This document shows, piece after piece, positions 10,901 to 21,147 of a stretch of DNA of 64,000 nt; the stretch's first letter is position 1, and each line of letters starts with the position of its first letter. The stretch spans positions 64,001 to 128,000 of the forward strand of contig JBMNIW010000005.1 in NCBI GenBank assembly GCA_050951325.1, written 5' to 3'. The notes beneath the pieces are model-generated. The model saw only the letters and a program-made list of their open reading frames with translations. It ran no database searches and was not told where the DNA came from. Source of the DNA: Clostridia bacterium. Its GTDB lineage: Bacteria; Bacillota; Clostridia; UBA1212; DUPL01. A program made the translations under genes and the position numbers.

Positions 10901-11552
10901 AGAGGCCCGCAGGAAACGAATCAATGAACTCAAGCAGGAGATGAAGGAGCTTGGCAATGTGAATGTCGGCGCAATTGATGAACTGGAAGAGGTTAAGACA
11001 AGGTATGAGTTCATGAGCGAGCAGTACAACGACATGCATACAGCCAAGCAGAAGCTTCTTGAAGTGATTGATGAGATGAACAAGGTGATGAAGGAACAGT
11101 TTACAAAACAGTTCGATCAGATAAGGCGGAATTTTAATGAAGTGTTCTGCGAGTTGTTCGGAGGAGGAAAAGCGGATATAATATTGACGGATGAGGCTAA
11201 TGTGCTTGAAAGCGGAATAGAAATAGAAGTACAGCCTCCAGGTAAAAAGCTGCAGAACATGCTGCTCCTGTCTGGTGGAGAAAGGGCGCTTACCGCCATT
11301 GCTTTGTTATTTGCCATTCTTAGAATGAGGCCTTCGCCTTTCTGTCTACTTGACGAGATAGAAGCTTCACTGGACGAGGCAAACGTATACAGGTTCGGCA
11401 GATTTTTGCTAAGGGGTTCAGACAAAACCCAGTTTATTATGGTGACTCACAGAAAAGGAACCATGGAAATTGCTGAAACCATGTATGGTGTGACCATGGA
11501 GGAGAAGGGAATATCCAAGGTAGTATCTATGAAATTAGGGGGAGTAAAATGA
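7974..11552 (+). CDS. smc: Chromosome segregation protein SMC
   Basis: GFKSF, Walker A GPNGSGKSN, hinge GRATFLP, LSGGE signature, LLDEIEASLD. Confidence 0.99.
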   Translation: MYLKRLEIQGFKSFVDKTVLEFDKGITAIVGPNGSGKSNISDAVKWVLGEQSPKTLRGGKMEDVIFAGTENRRPVGMAEVSLIMDNSDRTLNIDYSEVKITRRLYRSGESEYLINGSLCRLKDIQLLFADTGIGKDGFSIIGQGKVDEILNSKSNDRRGIFEDASGIMKYRMRKEESERKLNNTEQNLVRINDILGELERQIGPLEKQAEKARKYLTLKYELRDIEVGDLVDTIKDSSVKMEETDKNIFIVEDQIKQTEEKLENVKRENQEKTEKSKALEEQIYREREKGHEIGNLIERINSSIKINENNINTLKQAVEKNDMELSDLSNRNIKLQNDVANVDERILVTEEQIEEARQKISDMQERYNAVMSLLSDDSREAEKLKDWLYELRLRLSQKDSEKESCRSNIERLDKRNIEIRDEIENANKEHLEIDDLIKKAEEEYIQSASLAESFKKEWNENADKLNGMKVLYENKTNSLSDTAAEMKSQQARLRLMSEMQEKYEGYARSVKEILTFCRQNASFGRGIHGSVAEIINVPAEYELAVESAIGAAYQNIVTDTEDEAKKAIDYLKQKNYGRATFLPISAVQGRTIDSNTERQLKTMPGFVGIAANLVRYDGKFGNIVNNLLGRVVIFTDLDSCINAARRFKYSFVCVTLGGDILRTSGAMTGGSTNNNNKTNVFARTREIPALERSVKQLSSSLDSLKHEIVGLRENINRLEKEQNSILDKIRKQEIQTERAKNVYNAFVEKKGNLDKKVEDLMRDADRNVNEISVLKERTNAIDVEIVDINNQIMEKSKELAQYEEKSKQGAEVRNVLTNELTKAQVEENEIKNRLNNLFDEKKRLLNEIASNEDKKNYLKLQIDEDSSRIKELVIENEEYASRIKKQVHDKDDNSALLARLTVEKSEIDANLSGMIEKISEITGEISNLREELSRLAFRKTKLEETKESCLNRLWDEYELTYTKACEISSFSGKVNKEARRKRINELKQEMKELGNVNVGAIDELEEVKTRYEFMSEQYNDMHTAKQKLLEVIDEMNKVMKEQFTKQFDQIRRNFNEVFCELFGGGKADIILTDEANVLESGIEIEVQPPGKKLQNMLLLSGGERALTAIALLFAILRMRPSPFCLLDEIEASLDEANVYRFGRFLLRGSDKTQFIMVTHRKGTMEIAETMYGVTMEEKGISKVVSMKLGGVK

Positions 11553-12460
11553 GTTTTTTTGACAAGCTGAAGAGTGGGCTTAAAAAAACAAAAGAAAACT
11601 TTATGGGAAAAATAGATGCCGTATTGGCGTCTTTTGGAAAAGTTGATGAAGAGCTGTTTGAATCTTTGGAAGATGTTTTAATAAGTTCTGATTTTGGTGT
11701 GCCAACGACTGAGAAGATTATGGACAGTCTAAGGCAAAGAGTCAAGGCTGACAGGGTTACTGATTCTGAAGTTGTGAAATCATACCTGAAGGAAGAGATT
11801 GCCAAGCTTCTTGAAGGGGACAGTGCCAAAGGTCTTGACCTTGATGCAACTCCTGTTGTCATAACTGTTATTGGTGTTAACGGAGTAGGAAAGACTACAT
11901 CCATAGGAAAAATGGCAAATTTGTACAAGAACGCGGGTAAAAAGGTTTTGCTTGCTGCAGGAGATACCTTCCGGGCAGCGGCAATTGACCAGCTTGTCAT
12001 CTGGGCTGAGAGGGCAGATGTCGATATTGTAAAGCAGAAGGAAGGCTCTGACCCGTCAAGCGTTTTGTTTGATGCTTGCCAAGCAGCAAAAGCAAGGAAT
12101 GTAGATGTACTGATTTGTGATACAGCAGGCAGACTGCATAACAAAAAGAACCTTATGGATGAACTTGCAAAAATGGCAAGAGTTGTTGACAAGGAAATGC
12201 CCCATGCAAGAAAAGAGGTATTACTTGTACTGGATTCCACAACAGGACAGAATGCTGTCAACCAGGCAAAGGCTTTCAAGGATGTTGCCAATATTACAGG
12301 TATTATTTTGACAAAACTGGATGGTACTTCAAAGGGAGGAATCATAGTTTCCATATGTTCCGATTTGGGTATCCCTGTAAGACTGGTTGGAGTTGGAGAA
12401 GGTATAGATGACCTTCAGACATTTAACGCAAAAGATTATGTAAAAGCCCTTTTTGAATGA
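11549..12460 (+). CDS. ftsY: SRP receptor FtsY
   Basis: GVNGVGKTTSIGK, DTFRAAA, DTAGR, TKLDGTSKGG. Confidence 0.99.
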   Translation: MSFFDKLKSGLKKTKENFMGKIDAVLASFGKVDEELFESLEDVLISSDFGVPTTEKIMDSLRQRVKADRVTDSEVVKSYLKEEIAKLLEGDSAKGLDLDATPVVITVIGVNGVGKTTSIGKMANLYKNAGKKVLLAAGDTFRAAAIDQLVIWAERADVDIVKQKEGSDPSSVLFDACQAAKARNVDVLICDTAGRLHNKKNLMDELAKMARVVDKEMPHARKEVLLVLDSTTGQNAVNQAKAFKDVANITGIILTKLDGTSKGGIIVSICSDLGIPVRLVGVGEGIDDLQTFNAKDYVKALFE

Positions 12461-12468
12461 TTTTTTTC

Positions 12469-12518
12469 TTGACAAATAGATTCTTATACTGTATATTGTA
12501 AAGAGTTCAAGCTTTACA
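12469..12518 (+). promoter_or_regulatory. SigA promoter and inverted repeat upstream of ylxM-ffh
   Basis: TTGACA-17-TATATT, then TGTAAAG-N8-CTTTACA (12497-12518). Confidence 0.65.
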
Positions 12519-12544
12519 GCGTTGAACTGGGCGAGGGAAGGTGG

Positions 12545-12907
12545 TTGCTTGTGAAAGATATTTATGAGATTAGCATGCTGATTGACCTTTATGGCCAGCT
12601 TCTGACACCAAGCCAGCTTAAGTGTCTTGAGCTGCATCACAATCATGATCTCAGCCTAGCAGAGATTGCCGAAGAGATGAAGATAAGCAGGCAGGGAGTG
12701 CACGATTTTATTAAACGGGGAAAAGCTGCACTCTATGAGTATGAGGAAAAACTGGGACTTTTGGAGAGGTTTCTGAATGTAAAAAAACAGCTGGAATCAA
12801 TTCAGTATGACTTTGCATTCTTAAACGACGAGGAACTGGGTGACGACAACCGGAACATACTATCAAGTATTGAGACCAAACTGGTTGGCATTATTACAAG
12901 CTTGTAG
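12545..12907 (+). CDS. ylxM: YlxM family DNA-binding protein
   Basis: DLYGQLLT, DLSLAEIAEEMKISRQGVHD, YEEKLGL; lies between ftsY and ffh. Confidence 0.95.
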   Translation: MLVKDIYEISMLIDLYGQLLTPSQLKCLELHHNHDLSLAEIAEEMKISRQGVHDFIKRGKAALYEYEEKLGLLERFLNVKKQLESIQYDFAFLNDEELGDDNRNILSSIETKLVGIITSL

Positions 12908-12915
12908 GTGGTTAA

Positions 12916-14244
12916 ATGGCATTTGAAAGTTTGTCTGAAAAATTGCAAAAGACAATAAAAAAGCTGAGAGGCCAGACAAGGGTCACTGAAAAGGATGTAA
13001 AATCCTTTATGCGTGAAATTCGACTGGCACTTCTGGAAGCTGACGTCAATTTCAAAGTTGTCAAGGACTTTATTGCAAATGTGTCTGAAAAGGCCGTTGG
13101 ACAGGAAGTTATACAAAGTCTTTCACCCGGACAGCAAATTGTAAAGATAATCAATGATGAGCTTACAGAGCTATTAGGTTCAAAAGAATCAAAACTGGAC
13201 TTCTCAAAAACACCACCGAATGTAATACTTCTTTGTGGACTTCAGGGTTCTGGTAAGACTACAGCCTCGGGAAAGCTTGCACTCCATCTGAAAAAACAGG
13301 GCAAAAACCCTCTTTTGGTTGCCTGTGACGTGTACAGACCTGCTGCAGTAAAGCAACTGGAAGTACTGGGTGGACAAATTGGGGTTAATGTTTATCAGGA
13401 AGGTACTGATGAAAATCCTGTAAAGATTGCAAAAAATGCGGTCAAACAGGCGCTCAGAGGGCTTAATGATGTAGTAATCATCGACACTGCGGGAAGACTG
13501 CAGATAGATGAGGAATTAATGGTGGAATTGGAAAAAATAAAGGAAGCAACAAATCCCTCCGAAATTTTGCTGGTAGTAGATGCAATGACTGGTCAGGATG
13601 CTGCGAATGTGGCACAGACATTCAATGATAGACTGGATGTCACCGGCATAATTCTGTCCAAACTTGACAGTGATACCCGTGGCGGTGCTGCCTTGTCAGT
13701 AAAAGCTGTAACCGGCAAACCTGTGAAGTTCTCGTCCGTAGGCGAGAAGATGAATGAATTTGAAGTCTTCTATCCGGACAGAATGGCGGACAGAATCCTT
13801 GGTATGGGTGACGTGCTTACGTTAATTGACAAGGCCATGGAAGCCATCGACCTTGAGAAGGCCGAAGAGCTGGAAAAGAAGATGCGCAAGCAGCAGTTCA
13901 CACTGGATGATTTTCTTGATCAGATGCAGCAGGTCAAGAAAATGGGTGGTATAAGCAGTATACTTGGGTTGCTGCCTGGAGTTGCAGGCAAGATAAACGA
14001 GGAAGACATTGATGAAAAGAAGCTTGTAAAGACAGAAGCTATTATTCATTCAATGACTTTGAAAGAAAGAAAAGATCCTTCAATACTAAATGCAAGCCGT
14101 AGAAAAAGAATAGCCCAGGGTAGCGGCACTACAGTGCAGGATGTTAACCGGGTGATAAAGGATTTTGAGAACATCAAAAGAATGATGAAGATGATGCAAG
14201 GTGCAGGTAAGAAAGGTTTTGGCAAAATGCGATTACCTTTTTAA
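12916..14244 (+). CDS. ffh: Signal recognition particle protein
   Basis: ALLEADVN, GLQGSGKTT, DTAGR, RILGMGD, SRRKRIAQGSG. Confidence 0.99.
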   Translation: MAFESLSEKLQKTIKKLRGQTRVTEKDVKSFMREIRLALLEADVNFKVVKDFIANVSEKAVGQEVIQSLSPGQQIVKIINDELTELLGSKESKLDFSKTPPNVILLCGLQGSGKTTASGKLALHLKKQGKNPLLVACDVYRPAAVKQLEVLGGQIGVNVYQEGTDENPVKIAKNAVKQALRGLNDVVIIDTAGRLQIDEELMVELEKIKEATNPSEILLVVDAMTGQDAANVAQTFNDRLDVTGIILSKLDSDTRGGAALSVKAVTGKPVKFSSVGEKMNEFEVFYPDRMADRILGMGDVLTLIDKAMEAIDLEKAEELEKKMRKQQFTLDDFLDQMQQVKKMGGISSILGLLPGVAGKINEEDIDEKKLVKTEAIIHSMTLKERKDPSILNASRRKRIAQGSGTTVQDVNRVIKDFENIKRMMKMMQGAGKKGFGKMRLPF

Positions 14245-14276
14245 CATAACCAATTAATACAAAGGAGGTGCTTGGT

Positions 14277-14525
14277 GTGGTAAAAATCAGACTTAAAAGA
14301 ATAGGTGCTAAAAAGGCTCCATATTATAGAGTTGTTGTAGCAGACTCAAGGAATGCCAGAGACGGCAGATTTATCGAGGAAATAGGAACCTACAATCCGC
14401 TTGTGGATCCTGCTGAGATCAAGATAGATGTCGAAAGGGCAGACTATTGGATTAAAAATGGTGCACAGATGACTGACACTGTCAAGGCTCTGTACAAGAG
14501 AGTAACTGAGAAAACAGCTGAGTAA
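14277..14525 (+). CDS. rpsP: 30S ribosomal protein S16
   Basis: [24 protein letters not shown]; AAGGAGG RBS before GTG. Confidence 0.99.
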   Translation: MVKIRLKRIGAKKAPYYRVVVADSRNARDGRFIEEIGTYNPLVDPAEIKIDVERADYWIKNGAQMTDTVKALYKRVTEKTAE

Positions 14526-14544
14526 GAGATTGGAGGATTGCTTT

Positions 14545-14772
14545 ATGAAAGAGCTGCTCGTTTATATCGCCCGTCAATTGGTTGACAATACGGATGCGGT
14601 TTCTGTCAATCAGATTGAAACTGAGAAGGCGATTACTCTGCAACTTAGTGTTGCTGAAGAGGATATGGGAAAAGTCATAGGCAAGGATGGCCGCATAGCT
14701 AAAGCCATTAGGACTGTTATTAAAGCAGCATCCAGGAATGAAGACAAGCCGGTGTATGTGGACATAGTTTGA
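14545..14772 (+). CDS. khpA: KH-domain RNA-binding protein KhpA
   Basis: DMGKVIGKDGRIAKAIRTV; between rpsP and rimM. Confidence 0.95.
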   Translation: MKELLVYIARQLVDNTDAVSVNQIETEKAITLQLSVAEEDMGKVIGKDGRIAKAIRTVIKAASRNEDKPVYVDIV

Positions 14773-14865
14773 GACTATCATTTGGTTATGAGCTGATTAA
14801 TGGGGGAAGGGTTTGCCGCTCCCTCTTTTGCTATTTGCATGAATATATGTGTAAAGAGGTTGTAA

Positions 14866-15390
14866 ATGGTAGAGCGTTTTGTTATTGGTAAAATTGTCAA
14901 TGCTCATGGGATACGGGGCGAACTCAAGGTGTTACCTGAAACCGAGGATCCAAACAGATTTAAGAAACTTAAAAAAGTTTGGATCGAGAAGGATAGTGCC
15001 TTGAAAGAATATGAATATCAAAGCAGTAGAATTTTGGATAATGTTATTCTGCTTGCATTGAAAGACGTGGATACACGTGACAAGGCTCTGAATCTTAAAG
15101 GAGCCTATATTTCCGTTTCCAGGGAGGATGCCATTAAGCTGCCTGAAGGAAGATACTTTATAGCGGACCTTATTGGGTGTACGGTGTATGAGCACACCGG
15201 AGAGATACTTGGTAAGGTGAAGGATGTTTTTGAGACTGGCAGCAATGATGTTTACGATGTAGTAAACGATGAAGGCAAATCAATACTTGTACCAGCTCTG
15301 GAAAAAGTGGTCAAGTCCATTGATGTTGAGAATAGAAAAATCATTGTAGAGCTATTACCGGGATTAAAGGAAATTTACTATGAGAATTGA
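14866..15390 (+). CDS. rimM: Ribosome maturation factor RimM
   Basis: [28 protein letters not shown]. Confidence 0.97.
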   Translation: MVERFVIGKIVNAHGIRGELKVLPETEDPNRFKKLKKVWIEKDSALKEYEYQSSRILDNVILLALKDVDTRDKALNLKGAYISVSREDAIKLPEGRYFIADLIGCTVYEHTGEILGKVKDVFETGSNDVYDVVNDEGKSILVPALEKVVKSIDVENRKIIVELLPGLKEIYYEN

Positions 15391-16087
15391 CTTTTTAACT
15401 TTGTTCCCCAATGTTATAAAAGCATGCTTTGATGAAAGCATAATTGGCAGGGCTATTGATAAAGGGCTGCTTGATTTCAGATACTATCAGATAAGGAACT
15501 ACAGCAAGGACAAGCACAGGAAAGTGGATGATTATCCTTACGGTGGAGGTCCCGGTCTTGTCATGTCCTATCAGCCCATATACGATGCTTTTATGGATAT
15601 AAAGGATAACTCGGATGACAGACCCTGGTGCATATACATGTCACCTCAGGGCCAGGTTCTGACACAGAAAAAGGCCATGGAACTGAGTAGAAGATCTCAT
15701 CTTGTGATTCTTTGCGGACACTATGAAGGGGTTGACGAAAGGGTTCTTGAAGACATTGTGGATGAAGAGATTTCGATTGGAGATTATGTATTAACAGGTG
15801 GCGAGATACCTGCCATGGTACTTGCAGATTGTATTGGAAGACTTGTTCCGGGCGTTTTGTCTTCTGAGGAGGCAATAATGTCCGAATCCCATGTAAATGG
15901 CTTGCTTGAGTATCCTCAATACACCAGACCTTATGAGATAAACGGAAAGAAGGTGCCCGATATTCTTCTTTCAGGCCATCATGCAGAGATTGAAAAGTGG
16001 AGAAGGGAGCAGTCCTTGGAAAGAACAAAAAGGAAAAGACCTGACTTGTATGAGGCGTACATTAAAGGAGAAAATATGGACAAATGA
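15380..16087 (+). CDS. trmD: tRNA (guanine-N1)-methyltransferase
   Basis: [38 protein letters not shown]. Confidence 0.99.
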   Translation: MRIDFLTLFPNVIKACFDESIIGRAIDKGLLDFRYYQIRNYSKDKHRKVDDYPYGGGPGLVMSYQPIYDAFMDIKDNSDDRPWCIYMSPQGQVLTQKKAMELSRRSHLVILCGHYEGVDERVLEDIVDEEISIGDYVLTGGEIPAMVLADCIGRLVPGVLSSEEAIMSESHVNGLLEYPQYTRPYEINGKKVPDILLSGHHAEIEKWRREQSLERTKRKRPDLYEAYIKGENMDK

Positions 16088-17232
16088 GAGAAATATATTT
16101 TGACAATTCTGCAACAACGAAACAATTGAATAGTGTTATCAGAGTCATGGTCCATACTGCCGAAAAATTTTACGGCAATCCTTCATCTCTTCACAGTCTT
16201 GGATATGAAGCTGAAAAGGAGCTCAGGAGAAACCGGCAGATTTTTTCCGACTTGTTGAACTGCGATGAAAAGGAAATTGTATTCACCTCAGGTGGCAGCG
16301 AGTCAAACAATCTAGCACTCATAGGTTATGCCAGGGCCAACCCCAGAAAGGGAAATCATATCCTGGTTACCGAGACGGAACATCCCTCTGTTTTGGAATG
16401 CGCCAAATATCTGTCCGACAACGGATATAATGTGGAATACATTCCTGTTGATAGAAAAGGAGTTCCTGATTTGGAATGGATAAGAGACAAGGTTAAAGAA
16501 AAAACAGTTCTTGTTTCTGTTCACCATGTTAATAGTGAAACAGGCAGCATCTTGCCAATAAAAGAGATATGCAAAATAGTCAAGGGCAAGAATGGAAATA
16601 CGGTATTTCATGCTGATTGTGTTCAGAGTTTCGGCAAGCTCAAAATAGACACAAAGGATTTAAGTTGTGACATGCTCAGCATTAGTGCCCACAAGATAGG
16701 TGGCCCAAGAGGAATTGGTGCTCTGTATGTTAAAAAAGGAATACGTGTTGAGCCTGTGATATTTGGTGGAGGACAGGAAGGTGGATTAAGATCAGGTACT
16801 GAGAATCTGCCTGGAATAGCAGGGTTTGCCGAAGCTGCTAGTATAGCGTATGAGAATCTTGAAGAATGGTTTGAAAAAGTCAGGGAGATAAGGGACTATA
16901 TTGCAAAAGAGCTGGGCAAGGAGAACAAGGTTCACGTCATATCAAACCTTGAGAGTAGTCTGCCATATATTCTTAATGTGTCCTTTGAGGGAATAAAAGG
17001 AGAAGTTCTTTTGCATAGTCTTGAAGCAAAAGGGATTTATGTGTCAACGGGTTCTGCCTGTTCTACCAGAAAGAACAAAAGAAGCCATGTGCTGACTGCA
17101 ATGCAAATACCGAATAATATTATTGACGGAGCAATTAGAATAAGTTTCAGCGCTCAAAATACATTGGATGAGGCAAAAGAAGCGGTGGAAATCATCAAAG
17201 AGGAAGTATCAATGCTTAAAAGAACCAGATAG
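16084..17232 (+). CDS. Cysteine desulfurase (NifZ/IscS2-like partner of ThiI)
   Basis: [17 protein letters not shown] (PLP lysine), STGSAC; adjacent to thiI. Confidence 0.95.
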   Translation: MREIYFDNSATTKQLNSVIRVMVHTAEKFYGNPSSLHSLGYEAEKELRRNRQIFSDLLNCDEKEIVFTSGGSESNNLALIGYARANPRKGNHILVTETEHPSVLECAKYLSDNGYNVEYIPVDRKGVPDLEWIRDKVKEKTVLVSVHHVNSETGSILPIKEICKIVKGKNGNTVFHADCVQSFGKLKIDTKDLSCDMLSISAHKIGGPRGIGALYVKKGIRVEPVIFGGGQEGGLRSGTENLPGIAGFAEAASIAYENLEEWFEKVREIRDYIAKELGKENKVHVISNLESSLPYILNVSFEGIKGEVLLHSLEAKGIYVSTGSACSTRKNKRSHVLTAMQIPNNIIDGAIRISFSAQNTLDEAKEAVEIIKEEVSMLKRTR

Positions 17233-17243
17233 GTGGAATAGAT

Positions 17244-18413
17244 ATGGAAAAAGTTATTTTGGCCAGAATTGGAGAAATTGCTTTAAAAGGATTAAATAGA
17301 AAAAACTTTGAAAACAAACTTGCATCGAATATGAGGAAGGCAATGAAGGACTGTGGAGAATTTGTAATCAACTGGTCGCAGTCAAGGTTCTTTATTGAAG
17401 GAAAAGATAATTTTGATATAGATAAGGCTGTAGAAAAACTGACAAAGGTGTTTGGTATAGTCTCTGTAAGTGTTGCTACATGTGTTGAAAACGACATGGA
17501 GGAAATCAAGAAGGCGGCGCACCATGTTGTTGAGAAAAAGCTTGGTAATGAAGCCATGACCTTCAAGGTTGAGGCAAAGAGGGGAAACAAGTCATTTCAT
17601 TTGAAGTCTCCTGAAATTTGCAATGAACTTGGGGCGTATGTACTGAAGAACTTTTCTCATTCCGTAAAGGTTGATGTAAATAATCCCGACTTTATAGTTT
17701 TTGTCGAAGTTAGGGAAAAATCTTATGTTTATACGGATATTGTGGAAGGACATAGAGGAATGCCTGTTGGCTCAAATGGCAAAGGATGTCTGCTGCTTTC
17801 AGGAGGCATTGATAGTCCTGTTGCAGGTTATATGGTAGCAAAAAGAGGTGTGGAGCTTGTATGCGTACATTATCACAGTTATCCTTATACTAGCGAAAGG
17901 GCTAAAGGCAAGGTGATTGACCTTGCGGAAATTCTCGCCAGTTACTGTGGTACAATAAAACTGTATATTGTACCTTTTACCGATATACAGCTTGAGATTA
18001 ACAAAAGATGCGAGCAGTCCTACGGTACCATCATTATGAGAAGGTCCATGATGCGTTTGGCGGAGAAAATTGCAAGACATACGGGCTGCATGGCTCTTGT
18101 TACAGGAGAAAGCGTGGGACAGGTGGCAAGTCAGACAATGCATGCTTTGTATTGTACGGATAATGCTGTCAATATGCCTGTTTTCAGGCCTTTAATCGGA
18201 ATGGACAAGACTGAAGTAATTGATATTGCCAGAAAAATTGATACGTATGAGACCAGCATACTTCCTTACGAAGACTGCTGTACTATTTTTACTCCAAAGC
18301 ATCCAAAGACGAGACCGAATCTTGATGATGTTTTAAAACAGGAAGAAAGAGTTGATTTTGAGGTACTGGAGAAAGAAGCTTTTGACAGTATGGAGCTTGT
18401 CGTTGTAGAGTAG
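17244..18413 (+). CDS. thiI: tRNA 4-thiouridine synthase ThiI
   Basis: GEIALKGLNR, THUMP domain, SGGIDSPVA, GQVASQT, EDCC. Confidence 0.98.
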   Translation: MEKVILARIGEIALKGLNRKNFENKLASNMRKAMKDCGEFVINWSQSRFFIEGKDNFDIDKAVEKLTKVFGIVSVSVATCVENDMEEIKKAAHHVVEKKLGNEAMTFKVEAKRGNKSFHLKSPEICNELGAYVLKNFSHSVKVDVNNPDFIVFVEVREKSYVYTDIVEGHRGMPVGSNGKGCLLLSGGIDSPVAGYMVAKRGVELVCVHYHSYPYTSERAKGKVIDLAEILASYCGTIKLYIVPFTDIQLEINKRCEQSYGTIIMRRSMMRLAEKIARHTGCMALVTGESVGQVASQTMHALYCTDNAVNMPVFRPLIGMDKTEVIDIARKIDTYETSILPYEDCCTIFTPKHPKTRPNLDDVLKQEERVDFEVLEKEAFDSMELVVVE

Positions 18414-18470
18414 AATATATGGTGATGCAAGGCTTGTCGCACTTTTCATGCATTTTTTTAGAAAAAGGTG

Positions 18471-18499
18471 TTGACAAGCCGGTTGAAATGTAGTATTAT
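18471..18499 (+). promoter_or_regulatory. SigA promoter of tRNA-Lys
   Basis: TTGACA-17-TATTAT. Confidence 0.75.
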
Positions 18500-18521
18500 A
18501 ATCAGGCGCCAAAAAATAAAA

Positions 18522-18597
18522 GATCCATTAGCTCAGTCGGTAGAGCACCTGGCTTTTAATCAGGGTGTCCGGAGTTCGAGTCTCCGATGGATCACCA
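18522..18597 (+). tRNA. tRNA-Lys(UUU)
   Basis: 76-nt cloverleaf, anticodon arm CCTGG-CT-TTT-AA-TCAGG, GTTCGAGTC, encoded CCA. Confidence 0.97.
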
Positions 18598-18604
18598 ACC
18601 GTGC

Positions 18605-18639
18605 AACTCCAACGAAACACATGTTTCCTTGGAGTTTTT
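18605..18639 (+). terminator. Terminator after tRNA-Lys
   Basis: AACTCCAA..GAAACA/TGTTTC..TTGGAGTT followed by a T-run. Confidence 0.75.
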
Positions 18640-18652
18640 ATATGCGTAATGA

Positions 18653-18681
18653 TTGACAAGATCTCTTCTTTCAATTATACT
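18653..18681 (+). promoter_or_regulatory. SigA promoter of hisS (short leader, no room for a T-box)
   Basis: TTGACA-17-TATACT. Confidence 0.75.
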
Positions 18682-18708
18682 TTACGCGAACATATTTGGG
18701 AGGATCTT

Positions 18709-20040
18709 ATGAATCAAAATAAAGATACAATAGTTAAACCATCTATTTTATCCGGTTTTCTTGAGTTGCTTCCAGAAGACCAGATAATATTTAACAATAT
18801 GCTCGATACCATCAGGAGTACTTTCGAGAGCTACGGTTTTATACCCATAGACACTCCGGTAATTGAAAAAGCCGAGGTGCTGCTTGCAAAAAGCGGTGGA
18901 GAAACTGAGAAACAGGTATACAGATTCACCAAGGGAGATAATGATCTGGCTCTTAGATTCGATCTGACGGTTCCTCTTGCAAGGTTTGTTGCACAGCATT
19001 ATGGAGTTCTTACGTTCCCCTTTAGAAGATATCATATAGGCAAGGTATATCGTGGAGAACGTCCTCAAAAAGGCCGTTTCAGAGAGTTTTATCAATGTGA
19101 TATTGACATTGTCGGAGACGAAAAACTCAGTGTTATTAATGATGCTGAAATTGTAAGTGTTATTCATTCTACATTCAAGAAGCTCGGTTTGGACGAATTT
19201 ACAATCATGATAAACAACCGCAAGCTATTGAATGGATTTTTCATGCATTACGGTATTAAGGACAATGTGGAAGTATTAAGAATCATAGACAAACTGGACA
19301 AGATAGGTGCTGACAATGTCAGGAAGGAACTTGTTGCGAGTGGTATATCTGAAAATGTTGCCGATGAAATACTTGAATTTACAAATCTATGTGGCGATCC
19401 GGATGATGTGATATCAGCTCTTAGACAGATTGATATAGATAATGATGATTTTGTTTCCGGTTTGGAAGAGTTAGAAACCGTATGGTCCTACATAAAGGCG
19501 TTCGGTTTGGATTCGTCAGAGATTGAAATCAATTTGAAGATAGCAAGAGGTCTCGACTACTATACCGGCACTGTTTATGAGACCATACTCAACCATCACA
19601 AAGAACTTGGAAGTGTGTGCTCTGGTGGAAGATACGACAACCTTGCATCAAATTATACAAAAAAGAAACTACCAGGTGTAGGAATATCAATAGGATTGTC
19701 AAGATTGTTTTATCAACTTAGAGAAGCCAATGTTATTAGCGTTAGTGGCGTGAAAACAACTACCAAGGTTCTGTTTGTTCCGCTAGGAGATACTAGTGCA
19801 TATGCCATTAAGACAGCTAACTATATCAGGCGGAAGGGTGTTAATACAGAAGTTTATTTAAATGACGGTAAATTAGCAAAGAAATTGAATTATGCAAACA
19901 AGCTGGGAATCCCTTATGTTGCGATTATAGGGGAGGATGAAGTCAAGAAAAATACGGTTTGCATAAAGGATATGAATAGCGGAGAACAATCAGTTTATAC
20001 AATTGATGAATTAACGGAGTTTGTAAAGAATATAATGTAA
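18709..20040 (+). CDS. hisS: Histidine--tRNA ligase
   Basis: LRFDLTVP, YRGERPQKGRFREFYQCD, RGLDYYTG, GGRYD; GGAGG RBS before ATG 18709. Confidence 0.98.
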   Translation: MNQNKDTIVKPSILSGFLELLPEDQIIFNNMLDTIRSTFESYGFIPIDTPVIEKAEVLLAKSGGETEKQVYRFTKGDNDLALRFDLTVPLARFVAQHYGVLTFPFRRYHIGKVYRGERPQKGRFREFYQCDIDIVGDEKLSVINDAEIVSVIHSTFKKLGLDEFTIMINNRKLLNGFFMHYGIKDNVEVLRIIDKLDKIGADNVRKELVASGISENVADEILEFTNLCGDPDDVISALRQIDIDNDDFVSGLEELETVWSYIKAFGLDSSEIEINLKIARGLDYYTGTVYETILNHHKELGSVCSGGRYDNLASNYTKKKLPGVGISIGLSRLFYQLREANVISVSGVKTTTKVLFVPLGDTSAYAIKTANYIRRKGVNTEVYLNDGKLAKKLNYANKLGIPYVAIIGEDEVKKNTVCIKDMNSGEQSVYTIDELTEFVKNIM

Positions 20041-20058
20041 CAGGAGAGGAAGAAGGAT

Positions 20059-20511
20059 ATGGTAAAGTCTTTTCAAGTTGATCATACCAACATGAAAGCA
20101 CCTGATATCAGGATTGCAGAAGAAATCCCCGTAGGAAGACAGAATAAAATAATCAAATACGATATTCGTTTCAAAAGACCATACAAGGATGACCCCATGT
20201 ATCCTGCAACCATGCACAGTATAGAGCATATGATGGCGACATCGATAAGAGAAATAAGTCAGGCTACAATTATTGATTTTTCTCCTATGGGATGCCGTAC
20301 TGGTTTTTACCTTACAGTGCTTAATCCGCCGGAAAACTTTATTTCCAATGACATCAAAGGCGCAATGATTATTTCCTTGGACATGGATGAGGTCCCAGGT
20401 GCGGATAAAAAGTCCTGTGGCAACTGCTATTACCATGACATTGATGATGCAAAGCGCGAGCTGCTTGATTTCCTTGAGTTTTACTATGGAATCAGGCTTA
20501 TTTTAAGGTAA
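20059..20511 (+). CDS. luxS: S-ribosylhomocysteine lyase
   Basis: SFQVDHT, HSIEH, SPMGCRTGFY, CGN. Confidence 0.95.
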   Translation: MVKSFQVDHTNMKAPDIRIAEEIPVGRQNKIIKYDIRFKRPYKDDPMYPATMHSIEHMMATSIREISQATIIDFSPMGCRTGFYLTVLNPPENFISNDIKGAMIISLDMDEVPGADKKSCGNCYYHDIDDAKRELLDFLEFYYGIRLILR

Positions 20512-20576
20512 TGATTAGTTGACATATTCAACGTATAAATATACAATGTAGGTATAATTTTCAAGGGGGTAATAAA

Positions 20577-21068
20577 ATGAAACATAGGAATCTTCTGACA
20601 AATATATTTTCAGTGGTGTTGATTGTTTCGCTTATAGCATTTCTATTCGTAACGATTAGAGGCATGGAAGGTGGGTTGGGTGACACTATAAGATACATAA
20701 GCCTGCCGCTTGCAATCATTTCCGTTGCATGCATTGATATTGTCTTTCCAATTTTGGATAACAAACAAAGATTGCGCGAGAATAATAATTTGAAAATATT
20801 AACCATTGTGAAAATAGTTTTGTTTATAGCTTCCTTTGTAGTTATCGGCTTGTATGTTACAAATATTATTCTCAATGACGATACTGAGATGGTTGCTGTC
20901 GCAGTGTTCGTTGTCTTATACTTTGCGCAGTTCTTTATCAATATCGATCCCAAGCAGCCAAGAGTGTCTGAAGTTTCAGATGATGAAGAATATGATGTCG
21001 AAGAGTATGATGAGGATGACGATACAGACGCTGAGTACGAGGAAACGGGTTCAGAACAGGATGAATAA
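20577..21068 (+). CDS. Four-TM membrane protein with acidic C-terminal tail
   Basis: Four hydrophobic segments and a D/E-rich tail; own promoter TTGACA-17-TACAAT at 20519-20547. Confidence 0.8.
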   Translation: MKHRNLLTNIFSVVLIVSLIAFLFVTIRGMEGGLGDTIRYISLPLAIISVACIDIVFPILDNKQRLRENNNLKILTIVKIVLFIASFVVIGLYVTNIILNDDTEMVAVAVFVVLYFAQFFINIDPKQPRVSEVSDDEEYDVEEYDEDDDTDAEYEETGSEQDE

Positions 21069-21076
21069 GTGAAAAT

Positions 21077-21112
21077 AAAAGATGCCCCCTTTTTAGGTGA
21101 CATCTTTTTTTT
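21077..21112. terminator. Terminator between convergent genes
   Basis: AAAAGATG...CATCTTTTTTTT hairpin. Confidence 0.65.
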
Positions 21113-21147
21113 GGTCTTATGTCGGTATTAGGCTAAGACCTTTGTTT

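Noticed and set aside
11527-12354. 275-aa antisense ORF over ftsY, and similar ones over smc and mtaC
   Set aside because: Ser/Phe-rich mirror translations typical of antisense frames
18565-18708. N-terminal extension of the hisS ORF
   Set aside because: Runs through tRNA-Lys, its terminator and the hisS promoter; the real RBS and ATG are at 18709
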